A stretch of 64,000 bases of DNA from the human T2T-CHM13v2.0 reference genome, Homo sapiens, in assembly GCF_009914755.1 (NCBI RefSeq), contig NC_060930.1; one strand, given 5' to 3'. The number at the start of each line of letters is the position of its first letter. Within the stretch, counting starts at the first letter, position 1. The translations under genes and the position numbers were made by a program. Under the pieces are notes generated by a model. It saw only the letters and a list, made by a program, of their open reading frames with translations, was not told where the DNA came from and did not search any database. Below, in pieces: positions 35,450-50,245 of the stretch.

Positions 35450-36140
35450 AAGGCTAAATGTAAATTTGCCATATGACCCAGCCATTCCAATCTTAGGTAC
35501 ATACTCAAGAGAAATAAAAACATATATCCACCAAGGACTTTCACAGTAATATTCCTAGCAGCATTGTTCATAATAACCAAAAGTTGGAAACAACCCAAAA
35601 TTCCACCTACTGGTGAGTGAATAGATAAAATATGATATTTGCCCAATGGAATATTATTTGGCAATTTACAAAAGGAATGAACTATGGATACATGATATGA
35701 CACAGATGAATGAATAGATAAAATATGATATTTGCCCAATGGGGTATTATTTGGCAATTTACAAAAGGAATGAACTACGGATACATGGTATGACACAGAT
35801 GAACTTGAAAAACACTATGTTAAGTAAAAGAAGCCAAACCTAAGAGACCACATACAGTGCAATTTCATTTATATGAAATGTCTAGAAAAGGTAAATTCAT
35901 AGATAAAAGAAGTAGATTAGTAATTGCCTGGAGGTAGTCAAAGGGAAGGAAGAAATAGGAATTAACAATAAATGGGCATGAAGAATCTCACTACTATGGT
36001 AATTAAAATGTACTAAAACTGATTTATAGTCATTGTTGCACAACGTGGAAGTTTACTACAAAATCACTGAATTGTACCATTGGAAATGGATTAATTATAT
36101 TACATGTAAAATATGATTCAACAAAGTTATTTAAAAAATC
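35450..36140 (+). mobile_element. Old L1M 3' end
   Basis: ccatatgacccagccattcc, gcagcattgttcataataacc and aaagaagcca motifs. Confidence 0.82.
35618..35803 (+). repeat. Tandem duplication, 2 x 93 bp, inside L1M
   Basis: 35618-35710 vs 35711-35803, 4 mismatches. Confidence 0.93.
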
Positions 36141-36739
36141 AATCAGGTAGCTAAAACTTCTGCACCCCAATCATATTTTCCCCAGTACATGCATAAGTAC
36201 TGCACAGACAATACTGTAGCTCTCTGGTGGTTAAATATTCAAACAAGTAGGAATTAGGCAAGGAAAAAGAGCTAGGTGACTAGCTGTGCAATCAATTATG
36301 AGATATATTCTTTCCTTATCCAAACATTCAGGGGAAGAAACATAGGTAGAAAAGACTTGGGAGCACCCATGTTGAGGTTTATTCTTTTTCATATATTAAA
36401 GGTAGTTAAAGAACAACTACAAACTTCTTCAAATATTTCTAAGATATGTCTCCCTCAGAGTCAGTGTACCTGAGTGCTGCAGTAGCAGCCTTTCCTACTT
36501 CAAACAGGCCAGAACTAGCTGAATGTTTACTATCATCAGTAATTGAGCTGGAATTGTGCACGTCAAGCTGTTCTATATCTTGGCTCTGAGAAGGGGCAAC
36601 TAATAGCAAATGGAGAGTGAGAGGAACTAAGAAAAAAAGCCACACAGTGAGTATCTAAAGCCAACATTGAATGTATAAAGAATGTTTGACATTCAATGAT
36701 GATATTTTCTAAGAGAAAGAAAAAGGAAAAAAGAAGATA

Positions 36740-38020
36740 AAATTGCACTGAGTCAAAACAAATCAATGAGGAAAGGATAGTCTTTTCGACAAACGGTGCT
36801 GGGGCAATTCGAGATCCACATGCAAAAAGATGAATTTAGACTCCCGACTCACTCTATACATGAAAATGACTCAAATTGGATTGTAGATCTGAATGTAAGA
36901 GCTAAATCCATGAAAGTCTTAGGAAAAGAAAAAACATTGAAGTGAATCTTCCTGTAGGTTAGGCAAAGATTTCTTAGATGCGACACCAAAAACATAAGTG
37001 ATGAAACAAAAGAATACAAATTGGACTTGATCAAAATTGCAAACTTTTGCACTTCAAAAGACACTATTAAGAAACTAAAAAGACAAGCCTAAGAAGAAAA
37101 CATTTTCAAATCATATATCTGATAAAAGACTTATATCCAAAATACAGATAGAGCTTAAATTGGAACTCAAAAATAAGTAGAAAACCCAATTAAAAATAGG
37201 CTAAACATTGTGAATAGATATTGCACAAAATAAGATATATGAGTGCACAATAAGCAGATGAAAAGATACTCAACATCATTAGGGAAACAAATGAAAACCA
37301 CAATGATGTATCATTTGATGCCCAGTGGACTAACAATAATAAAAAAGATATACAATCAGTATTGAAAAGGGTGTGGATAAATTAGAATCCTCATCCGTTG
37401 CTGGTGGGAATGTAAAATGGTGCAGCCCCTTTGGAAAACAGTTGGCAGTTTCTTTAAAAAGTTAAACACAAATTCACCATATGACCCCCAAATTCTAATC
37501 TTAGCTATCTACCCAAGAGAAATGAAAACATATATCCACACGAAAATTTGCATGTGTGTGTTTATAACAGCATTATTTATAAAATTATAAAGTATCCACT
37601 GTCCAAAAACTGCTGAATGAATAAACAAAATGTGGTATATACATACAATTGAATATTATTTGGAAATAAAAAGAAATGAATTACTGATACACGCTACAGG
37701 GATGAACCTCAAAAACACTGGTCTAGGTGAAAGAAGCCAGGTACAAAAGGTTACATATTTTATTATTGTAATTATATGAGATATTCAGAAAATAAAAGCT
37801 ATAGATTCCAAAAATAGATTAGTGGCTGATTGGGGTTAGAGCTAAGAACAGAAGGTGACTGCAAATGGACATGAGAGATCTTTATGAAGTGATGGAAATG
37901 TCCTAAATTTGGGTTATGGTGATGGTTGCATAACTTTGCATATTTACTAAAAACCATTAAATTGTACAATTAAGTGAATTTATGGTATGTAAATCAAACC
38001 TCAAAGCTGTAAAAGTAAAA
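36740..38020 (+). mobile_element. Old L1M ORF2 end / 3' UTR
   Basis: aaggatagtcttttcgacaaacggtgctgg and gctggtgggaatgtaaaatggtgcagcc motifs. Confidence 0.85.
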
Positions 38021-39447
38021 TGCATCAGGATGATTTAAAAAGTCAGCTAAAAAAAGAAAAAGATCCCCCAAATATTTCTGAAAACTATTTGCTATGAGAA
38101 ACAGAAGATAGCGTTAGAAAATATTGTACCCTTAAAAAGATAACAAAGATGGCCTCTATGAACTAACAAGAAGGTCATAACGGGAGATGAAGCTCTGAAG
38201 ACTAGGAAGCTGTCAGGAATAAGAAAACTCAAAAAGGTCTTTAAAATTCAACACAAGAATGAAATTTTGCACTGATGTCTTTAAGGAGCACAACTGACAT
38301 CGCAGAAAATTGATTCCATAATATTGAAAACAAACTTGAAAATTATCTAAGGCCACAGAGGAAAAGGATTAAAAAATGAAAGGATGAGAAGATAGTAAGG
38401 AATACAAAGCAAAGAAAATGCTAAGAAGAAAAAATAGAGCACATATGATTATCAAATCTATAATACAAGAAAGCTTTTCTGAAATAATGAACACACAAGT
38501 GTTAATTTTCAGAGTAAAAGGTCTGTATGTTCTGGACATGTTATAAACAAAGACCATCACCTAGATATGCCCAGGTGGTATTTCTGAACCGGGTATTCTT
38601 CTTTAGCTACCCAGATTCATGCTTGCTCCTTCTCTGCCCTGCTCTGTGCTCCAGGAGGCTGACTTCTGCAAACTTTACCCAGGCTTTCTCCCCATCGGTT
38701 GACTCCTCCTTGGGTTTGGCCAATAGAAGGCACTGGCAGGCACGCTGACAGGTGGAAGGTGGGAGAAGAGATGGTTCAGAGTATTTCCCCTCACTACCTT
38801 TCTTTTACAACACCACATTTTTAGGCAGTAGCTAAGTCCCCTTCAGGCGATAGATCCCACTGGGAGGACCCTACTCAACTGTTAGTTTTCACTGGCCTCT
38901 ATAATACTATTTCCTCAGCTATGTCTTCATTTCTCGGGGTGGTGATGGTTTCCAAGAGTAGCAAGATTTTTCTGAATGCCTTGCCAGCCCTGGTTTGTTC
39001 CCATAATCCTGCCCATACTGCTGTGAGTAATAATCTCTTTTCATTTGAACCATCTTGGGTGAATTCTGTTTCCCACTGGGGAACTCAGATTAATATAAAT
39101 GATGAAGAAAAATATCCATAAATACGTAGAGAGAAAATAATCTGACCTACAAAGGAATAAAAGTCAGACTGATCTCATACTTCTCCATTGCAAAATGAAT
39201 GCCAGGGCTAATATATAATAAGACATATTTTTTTGACTCAATAATTTCATTCTGCCATTCCTGTGTGAAATCAACCAAAGGCTATTTTCAAAAATACAAA
39301 GGTTCAGAAAATATTTATAAGCTTTTTCCTGAAAAATCATGTCAAGTATTATCTAATCAATGAAAGATTAGTTAAAACTATGATCTCAGAATTGTAGAAG
39401 CTGTGGTTTAAAATCATTGATAGCATTGAATTGTTTGAATACCTATA

Positions 39448-39622
39448 ATTTTTTTTAACTTTTATTTTAAGTTCAGTTGTACATATGCAGGTTTGTTATA
39501 TAGGTAAACTTGTGTCATGGCAGTTTGTTGTACAGATTATTTTATCACCTAGGTATTAAGCCTAGTGTCCATTAGTTATTTTTCCTGATCTTCTCCTTCT
39601 CCCACCTTTCACCTTCCCACAG
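39448..39622 (-). mobile_element. L1PA (older primate) 3' terminal fragment
   Basis: ttttaacttttattttaagttcag...ggtaaacttgtgtcatgg motif. Confidence 0.82.
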
Positions 39623-39724
39623 GCTTTAAAATGGAAAGTATATACTATAACAATGAAACATTTAGTAGTAATAATTTTATCTATAATCTCACATTAAATT
39701 AACAAAGAACAGGCTGTAGTGTAA

Positions 39725-40038
<314 letters not shown>

Positions 40039-43000
40039 AAGAATTTTTTAAGTTTCATTTTTGATTTTGGCAATTGGGAAAACTGAGAATTGTACATGTA
40101 TTACAGAATAAAATTAACACTAGTAGAATTAAAAATAGGATAACTACTTTCAGAACGACTCTAGAACATAATTATTCTAATTTAAACTTAGCCATACCGC
40201 TAAATGAATAAACCCAATAGCTACATTTTACCCTTGATAGATAATACTTCCCATATAACAGATATTCCTAAATACACACAGTTGGATCACTTGATAAAGT
40301 TCTATGAAAATTTTTCTTTTCTTCATATGCAAAGAGGCAGTGGATACAACTACATACTAACATATTAGTTGCTCATTATATATCAGAATAAATAAGCAAT
40401 TGGTCTAATTATTTCTACTATTATTCAAGGTTCTTGGCTAATGTAATGGTAAGAAACTGTTACTTTGTGAAGGAAAGAAAAAATTAACAGTTAATTGTAT
40501 TAACCAGTTACCCCCATGATTAATTGGCTACACAAATTTAAATAACTGAGCTAGCCAGCAGATCAATGTAGAATATTCTGAATTTTTAATTTTAAGTGCT
40601 TCTAAGTTGAATCATGCTGAATATAAATGCTCCAATTAAGTGAAATATATAAGTATAAAATGGAAAATGTTAGGAAAGGCTAAATGACAACTTCAAATGT
40701 CATCTTCAAATGTCATTTACCATCTGGATAAAGATCAATTTAACTGATCCTGAAATGTAAAAAATGGAATTAGGACAGAAGCATCAAATAAATAATTGTA
40801 TTTCCATTCAAATTCAGTCAGGTCTAAGGTCTTCAACATATAACTGAAATTTTAATTTGGAAAATACTTTCCAATATACAGTAAAATTGCACATTATATT
40901 TACTCAAAAGTAACATCACAAGTATTTGAAAACAAAAGAACTGAGTAAATTATAATTTAAGAAGCTAAAGATGAGCTCCTATGACAGCAATCTTATCTTT
41001 CTAAACCTCTTCTCTTGCCCAAACATTTATTGATATTTTTTATATGTATCACTGTGTGTGTAAGTGAATTAAATAGAAATATAATTCTTAAATTCAGAGA
41101 ACATTAAATTTAGCTGTGGAGTCAATAAAAACTACAATGCAAACTAAATTATCTTGTGCTTGACCACTTTTGATCAAAGAACAGTTCTTCTTTCTCTGCT
41201 ACTCTGTTTCTTTTTAGGAAGCATATTTATCTAGCAGTAAGGTAGAAGAGAGATATTTAACAGGACAAATCAACATAGTCAGCCCTGTTGCCCTGTTGAT
41301 GAATGCAGTGGCAGGTAATGCAGCCAGATTATCTCCCTGTCCATCAAAACATTTGCAAATGTGAGCTAGTGGATCCTGAAGCAGTAAGGACTAAATACAG
41401 GCCTAGTGGAAGAGGCAATGGGTCAGATGGAAGAAGTTAGCATGGCTTTATAATGAAGTGAGATTTAAAGGGGAATTTCAGAGAGTAATAGACATTCATG
41501 AAAAAATGGAAAGAAAAAGCATTTCAAAGTTCTGTAGAAACAGTTGGGGTCCTAGACAGCTCTAAAATTTTATTCTGATAGACTTCAAAATTCTTCCCAG
41601 GAATTGTCTTTATTAGCTAACTTACAGCTACGTGATGTTAATAACAGTAACATCTGATATGGTACCATACAATTTATAAAGCACCTTCACATATGTTATC
41701 TCATGTTACCCTTGTGAATAGACAGGATAGGAAAAATATTTATTTTCCTTTAAAAGGTGATTAAATTGAGAGTCAGCTATTACGTGACTTATCTGAAGTA
41801 ACATAGCTATTACATTTGTAAAAAGTGAGATAGAATTGACAGACCTGAAAACACTTTTCTAGTCCTATGTTCCTAGTTTTTGCTCCAAAGATTCCCTTTC
41901 TGTAAGATAAAATAGATTTTTCCCTACAGCCACCTTGGAAGTCTTCTCTCAGTGTTTACTCAAAACATTCTCTGATAGACCCTAGAGTATTATAGAGGAT
42001 TATAGATTCTAGGAGTATTGAGGTTCCCTAAAGGGGGTAGGTTATTTGTGGGTCAGGAAGAACATGAAAGTGGCAGTGGAGGGGCAGCCTGAGTCCTTGC
42101 AGTGAGGCCACGCAGCACTGATGACTGCAGACCACGCGTTGGAGGCAGACAGACTTGGGTGTGGGCCTGGCCTGCTAACTGGTGACATTAACCTCTCTGA
42201 GCCTTAGAGTCTTCATCTCTAAAATGAGGCTATTAACAACATAATTATACATAAACTATCTAGTTCAGCCACTGGCATGTAATTAGCACTCAACATTGGT
42301 GGCTACTGAGCCACTGCAGCCCTGGGGTAATTTTCCATATCTCTCCAGCCAAATTAGCTGCTAAATCAATTGTCTCAGACATTGAAGATATCAAGCAAAT
42401 TCCAATGGATAGTCTTTGGGAGTGACAGGATCTGCAGTCTTCTCTCATTCATTAAACCCTCATTTTACATTTTTTCACCAAAGCACAAAGAAGTTAAACT
42501 GCAGAGCTGATGCCCAAGATGTCAGAGTTGTCTTCTTGTTCTTGGGTTCCTGTCCCCATTCCCTTTCTCAAGAATCCAATTGTACCTTGTTTCAGGGAAG
42601 ACCTGTTGTTTCTGGGGGATAAATGGAATTTGAGAGATGCAAAGTAGAGTGCTAGAAGTTTCTAGAAGGTAGTAAGTTCTTGGGAGATCTCTATTTCTGG
42701 AAGTGGGGTGAGGCTGGAGTTACCCATCTACTTCCTTTTCATCATGTTTGCACTGCACTAAGCACCATGGAAAGAGCCCTGGTTCACAGCCACTTTTTTT
42801 TTCTCTGCAAAAATCGGGCATGAAACACCTTGCTTAATTACCATTTATTCTCTTTTTGAAATTACTTATTGTTTATCAACTTTGTGCCCTGTTCTGTTTT
42901 GGTTGTTGTGGACACAGTTAATAACATGGACTTGGTCTTAATAACATGGACTCAGTCTTTAGTCTCAAGGAGTTTACAGTCAGGAAACTGTAAACAGTTT

Positions 43001-44181
43001 CAGCAGGAAAAAGTTATATACAAATCAAGTAAAAAATAATTATTGTAATATTACAGAAGAAGGTGGTCTCATTGCCTATATGCTGGGTACTGAACTAGAT
43101 GCTGAGGGTGCCACAGGGACCAACACAGGAGCGGCTCTTGTCCTCTTAGAACTCACAGTCTGGTTGGTCTTGTGAGGACTTCATGAGAAGTATTTGGTAT
43201 AGTAATGTGTATGTGAAGCTATAGTCAAAATACAACCTGTATGAGGCTCTTTCCTATTAGAAAATAATTAACTTGTGGGCAATGACTATCCACCTGGTGA
43301 CATTATCTGTTATTCCTTATACATATTATATATATGCTTCATAAATAGTTGCTAAGTGAAAGTCAGGTCCAAGTTTATATGTTTTTATTTTTATGTAAAA
43401 GGCTGAGACAGAAATAAGATGCTATTTCTGCCACTACTGGGAGCAAGGCCATTCACAGGCAGCCAAGGGTGGCCATGGTAGAGGGGAGTGGTGGAGAATA
43501 GTGTCGTTTATTACTGTCCCAAAGCCTGAACGCACCACATGGACTATTTAAGTTACAACTGTGCCCTGAGAATCTCTTAAGGAAGGGATTGAGGTTAATT
43601 GAGGTCTTTTCTGCATGAGGTTGATGTCTGTCACACATACAAAGGCCAAGTAATCTCAAAAAATTTTTTATTATGCTCTTGAAAACATAAAGACTTGCAA
43701 CTTCAAAAAACATCAGAGAAGTCATAGGGAATAAAAATAAATTTCAATAATAACAAAATACAAACATTTGGATGTTTAGCTGAGGATCAGTGCTGGTTAA
43801 TGGCCACATTCTGCGGTGAGAGCCTGGCAGCCTTCCAGGGGCAGGAAGCAGGGGCAGATTTCATTCTTAGAATCATATGGTTAAAAACCCCACCTCAAGA
43901 TTTTCTGCAGAAATTAGAATGTTTAGGGGCCATCATTCAACACCCTGGTTTATTTACTGGAATAGATGATGAATTCTTTTGTTATCACATGGTCTTTGTA
44001 GCTTCCTAGAGTGTAGAGCCAAGGCCACATCAAAAGGCATGCCTGGATTATTAGGGAGTTTCAACTTGTACTCATTCCCACATATCAGGTCTTCAGTTGT
44101 AATTTCTACAGCGCTAACACAGGCCCTGAGTACTGAGTAGCAATGGCGAGATAACTGTGGGTCTTACTTCCTGTGTTAAAA

Positions 44182-44612
44182 ATGGAATCAACCTAAATGC
44201 CTATCAATTATAGACTGGATAAAGAAGAATGTGGTACATATTCACCATGGAATAGTATGCAGCCATAAAAAGAAACAGATCACATCCTTTGCAGGGACAT
44301 GAATGGAGCTGGAGGCCATTATCCTTAGCAAACTAACACAGGAACAGAAAACCAAATACTGCGTGTTCTCACTTACAAGTGGGCGCTAAATGATGAGAAT
44401 ACCTTGACACATGGAGGGGAACAACACTCATTGGGGTTTTTCAGAGGATGGAGCGTGGGAGGAGGGAGAGGATCAGGAAAAATAATTAATAGGCAATAGG
44501 CTTAATACCTGAGTGATGAAATAATCTGTACAACAAACCCCCATGACACAAGTTTACCTATGTAACAAACTTACACTTGTACCCCTAAACTTAAAAGTTA
44601 AAAAATAAAAAA
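44182..44612 (+). mobile_element. L1PA (older primate) 3' end
   Basis: tggaatcaacctaaatgcc...gcagccataaaaag...aacttaaaagttaaaaaa motifs. Confidence 0.88.
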
Positions 44613-45511
44613 GATACATGTTCCTCAAATGTCCATTTTTTTAAATTAAAAAATGTGTATCTGGAAAAAAACTTTCAGTAGGGACCTTCAGTGGGTGCAA
44701 ACTTGGAGTTTAATGCAACGCTTTGCCATCTATATCTTTATATCCTCTGTGTTATCTACATGGCCACACTACACCAGGCATTCAAGAAATAGCTGTTAAC
44801 TGACTATATGAAAAAATAATTATAGTATTTAAATAATAGTAATGAAACTGAATTTTATACCTATGAAACTTTCAGGGAGAACAGAGATGGATAACTGACA
44901 AAGTAGAAAATGATATATTTATAGGAAGCTTCGAGAGCACTCAGTTTAATTTCTGCATTTACATATTAAAAACTGAGGCCTATAAATTTTAAGTTATTTG
45001 CTCAAGGTCATAGGGAATGACAGATGAGGTCTCAAAGCTAGTTTCTAGACTCCATTATTCGTGTACTTTCTAACAATCACACTCAAATTCATGGCTAATG
45101 AAAAAATGACTATTATCTTTTCTGTAAAATTTTAACTCATAATTTGTAGATTCTATAGAAAAGACCTGTCAAGTATTTAGAAGGCTCATTTATCCATGAT
45201 GGTTGCATGTAGAGTCTGTGTATAACTGCAACTTTTTGTTGTACTATATGGATTTTCTTCATGATTGCCCCAGAGGCCTCACATAAAACTCAGTGTTGCT
45301 TCTGTATCTGGTCACAGCTAGGAAATGAATTCTTTCAATATTTGGTCCCCAGCCTTGAGTGATACTAAACTCAGAGCTGTTTCATAACAATGTACATCCC
45401 TTGGATTAAGTTTTTCTTCACCTTCCCAGCGTTTTTACCTAATTTTAAAACCCTTATTTCAATAGTTTTATGGCTTTATTGTGAACCATTTCAAATTCCC
45501 CCTCCCCCGTC

Positions 45512-45805
45512 TTTATTTATTTTGTTTGATACGGAGACTTGCTCTGTCCCTCAGGCTGGAGTGCAGTGGCGATCTTGGCTCACTGCAAGCTCCGCCTCTC
45601 AGGTTCATAACATTCTCCTGCCTCAGCCTCCCGAGTAGCTGGGACTACAGGCGCCCACGACCACGCCCGGCTAATTTTTTGTATTTTTAGTAGAACGGGG
45701 TTTCACCGTGTTAGCCAGGGTGGTCTCGATCTCCTGACATCATGATCCACCCACCTCGGCCTCCCAAAGTGCTGGGATTACAGGCATGAGCCACCACGCC
45801 CGGCC
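45512..45805 (-). mobile_element. AluY
   Basis: cactgcaagctccgcc and gtgttagccagg diagnostics. Confidence 0.93.
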
Positions 45806-46532
45806 TCAAATCTCCTTTTAAGGTAGGTTGGATACAGAAGTCAGTGAAGTAAACAACACTTCAGTAACTATATAAGTAATATACTTCCATGGAGATACTT
45901 AACATGGATAAATTGCTAATCTCACAGAGCTGAGTCACTCAAAGTTCAGCCTTGAGCCCTTGGACCAAGTTAAACTGGCCTCAAAGAGTTCAGGGTTGGA
46001 GACTTAACTCTTATGAATATGCTTCATCAGCAAAAGCAACAAAAATTTAAATATACATGTATTAAACAATTTTTAGGAAGCCCATTACGTTGCATACATC
46101 AAAATCAATAGATATTTTAGATGGGAACTGGGAATGTACTCAATAGGAGATGCTTAATCAGGTAAAAACCTGTATTTGTTCAGCACTTTATAGTTTCAAT
46201 AATATGAAGTGCAAAATTTCAGCCAAGAAAGGAACTGGAATCTGATCAACAACATGGGGGTGTGCCATGCTGTCCTGTATTTTTATGTAAATAAGAAATT
46301 TGAAATTTATAATAAAAGCTCATTATATTGCACAAAAATAATCCACAAATTTCTGATCTGTGTACTACTTTGCTTCTAATGGGGGCTTGGCATCTGGGTA
46401 AAACAGTCATTTACATGTGACTGAATATTAAAGATCACTTCAGAGTACATGGAACTGTATATCTAATTTCATTTAAAAATCCAATAAAATTTATAATGCC
46501 TACATAAATACATCTTTAAAAATGCATTCATA

Positions 46533-46810
<278 letters not shown>

Positions 46811-49729
46811 TCATAACACATGGCAACTTCCTGGAAGAAAAGCTTTTCTATGCTTACCTGACACACTCTTCCTTTTTTTAAATTTAGTCTCTTATTCCTG
46901 CCCATGTTATTCGACAAACTATTGGCTCTGAGAAGATATGACTAAAATAATAATGTGTAATTGATGCATCTAAATATATGTGTGGCCATTTCATTTTAAA
47001 ATATCAATGACTACTGTTTTATTTTAAAATGTTAAGTAAACTACCAGAACCAGGGGAAAATATTTGCAAGAAATGCCCCATTAAACCGTCTCTTGGAATG
47101 CTTCTTCGCTGATTTATCACTCAACATTTCTTTTTCACATTTTATTATTCAGGTAAACATTCCCTATTAGAACCAAGTGTAGCTATGATCAGTTCTTTAT
47201 TTTATATAAGAAAATAAATAGGTAATTGTAAATATATAGTACAGAATTTGCCTATTAAAGTGTTCCATTTGTAAAGAGAATCTGGGTATACAGATATACT
47301 CTCAAGGGACTCTAAAAAACAAGAAAACCAGAGACGCTGTTAAAATTTATAGTACTAATTATTTTTGTGTTCTAGAATGAAAGTTCATTGTAATAGATAA
47401 GATCTATTATACCAAGTGCACAAAAAATAAAAGTCCAAGATAGATGGTGCTATTTCAGTAGGCCAGTTAAGAACCCTCTGGAGCAAAGACTGGGAAAAGT
47501 TAAGAAAATTATTTTCTTTTAAGAATCTTGTGTATGGGTGAGGTATGAGACAATATAAGGAGTACAGATTCTGAAAAGAAGAAAGATCTGATAAACAGTT
47601 CTCATCATCATCATCTTACTCTTTTTCTTTGCTCTTCTGTTGGTGAATTCTTTGCTCAAATGTCTCTTATCAACACTTCAACAAGCACCAGACCTTAAAA
47701 GTGACACCAGATGACCCTTCTTCTCTTGATGATTACAAGGAGTTTCAAAGCTTTGAAAATAAAGTTCACTGCTACAGCAGCGGAACCTCATGACAGGCAG
47801 TGATCCTCAATTTAACTGGAGCAAAAACTCACCTCTCACAGAGAATGCATTGTCCAAAGCCTCCTCCACAACCTCACTTTATCCTATTTGTGTATGACGT
47901 TCAAAGAGCTAGTTGTTGTTTACATGACATAACTTTAATTAAAAACCTCTGTCTCTTTGATCATTTGCAATGTTGAAAGATAGAATGCCATTTTCTACAG
48001 GTTACAGAAAGGTAAAGGCATTCTTCTACAGCAAGAAAGCATAGTGCTGGTAGCAATCAGTGTTTTATAATTGGGATGACAATGCTATTAAGATTCGAAG
48101 GCAGCATTCGAAGAGGTCCCTCTTGTTTGCAGTTGGTCAAACATCAGCTATTTCAATACAAGCAATGAGATGCAATAGATGCAGCTAATTACCTCTATCC
48201 TGCCTCTACTCAATTCTTCTTACTCCCAGGTGCCTACTCCATCCTCTCAGGGGGAGAAGATAGACAGATAGATGTGAGGAGGTGCACAAGACCTTGTGCA
48301 GCCACCAGTCCTGAGAGCAATTGGTCAATACCCTTGAAGCTAATTAAATTTTTAGCAAACAGTTCTAAACTGTAGCAGATGGTCTATTGGTCCCAGCGGT
48401 GCTGTTCAACATCTATATGACTCCATGTAAAGATCTAAAAACTTGGAATTGGAGGATTGCTTCTCTAGAGTATATTCTATGATTTTTTGACTTTACTCTA
48501 TAACTAGTGTCTTTTCTCTTAATGGAGAGCTTGGCCTGGTTCTACTTTTCTCCTTTAAAAAAATGACACGAAGGGATGACAATTCATCACTCACCAAATT
48601 AACCAAGTTGGTTAACACTCACCAAGGGCTTGAATATGTTTTCATTTTACAACCAATGAAGCAGATGGTTAACTGAAGTTGTTGCAAGTCATCCAAGGAG
48701 TAGCTTACAACCCTTATCCACAGAGTAAGCCAGTTATAATTGCAGCTCAGTTTTAATATTTACCGTTTTAGAGCATCATAAAATTACCATTGCAAAAATC
48801 TTATCTGAATGAAACATTTCTGATTTCTAAACATATTGTTAAACTACTTTTTCTATTTCTGACATTTTTCTGAACACTATGAAGGTCAACCTCAAATGGA
48901 TAATTATAGAGAACTCCTACCAGAATATTATTTGGTTTTCCTTTATTATATTTAGTATCCTCCAGATGTTTATCTTCCACTCTTTCTCCCTTCCTGTTTT
49001 TTTTTATTTCTGTTCCCCACCACCTTCCATCTTCTCAAATCGTGAATGCCATTTTCCTAATAAAAGATTACTTTAAAGGCTGATGTTCTGCATATATACT
49101 CCTAAATTATTTTTACTTTTATTGTTGTATTCCCTAATCAGGCATTGACATTTGGTTTTTTGTAACTCCAAGGACAATCAAATTGCCTCTTTGGTATGAA
49201 TATATATACCCACACTGCTTGGTGCTGGAACAGCATTCTCCCAACCCAGAAATAGAGCCCTGAAGGAGGAAATAGTCACAGGGAAGAGTGTGAGCAAAAG
49301 AATCAAGGAAACGCATCTTTACAATCTCCTGAGGACATTCCCAAGCTCTACCCTTTCTTCCTGGTGGCCAGATTATTTTGGCTTTTATTTTAAGATGGGA
49401 GAGGTCCCATTGTTCTGGCTAATGGATAGACAGTCTATGCATATTTTCCCCTTTAATGGAAGTAAAATGAAAATCAGAAAGCTCTTATGCCATTCTTAAG
49501 TACAATTTTTCAGGTATCCACTTAAAACATTCACATGACACCAAATTACAAGGCATTTCTTTTTTATCTCTGGTAATCAAGCGAAGTTTGTTTGTACTTG
49601 AATGTTTACAATTTAAAACACTCAAGGAATATGAGAGAGCACAAGTAACGTATGAATAGGGAATGGCGCCTATGAGACTGACAATGAACATTCTCTTTGC
49701 TTGCTCACAGGAAGCTATTAGATTGTTGC

Positions 49730-50245
49730 TGCTGTGGGTTGAATTCTGTTCTCTCCTTCTACCCTCCCTGTCAAATTCATATATTGAAGTCCTAACCCCC
49801 AGCTGCTCAGGATGAAATCTCATTTGGAGACAGAGGTATTTACAGAGGTAATCAAATTAAAATGAGGGGCGGGTGTGATGGCTCATGCCTGTAATCCCAG
49901 CTCTTAGGGAGGCAGAGGTGGGAGAATAGCTTGAGCCCAGGCAGGTCAAATGAGGTCCTTAGGGAAGACCCTAATCTAATATCACTGATATCCTTACAAA
50001 AAGGGGAAGTCTGGAAACAGAGAGCTACAGGGAGAATGCCATGTGACCATGAAGATGGCCATCTACAAGCCATAGAGGGAGGCCTGGAACATATCCTGCC
50101 TTCGCAGCCCTCAGAAAGAACCAGCCCTACTAACACCTTGATTCCAGACTTCTAGACTGCAGAACTGTGAGATAATACATTTTTTTGCTGTTTAAGCCAC
50201 CCAGTTTTTGGTATTTTGTTACAGCTACCCTAGAGAACTAATACA
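49730..50245 (+). mobile_element. MLT1B/C-type MaLR solo LTR containing an ~80-bp Alu fragment (49868-49947)
   Basis: Termini tgctgtgggttgaatt...aactaataca; 5-bp TSD gttgc/gttac. Confidence 0.85.
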
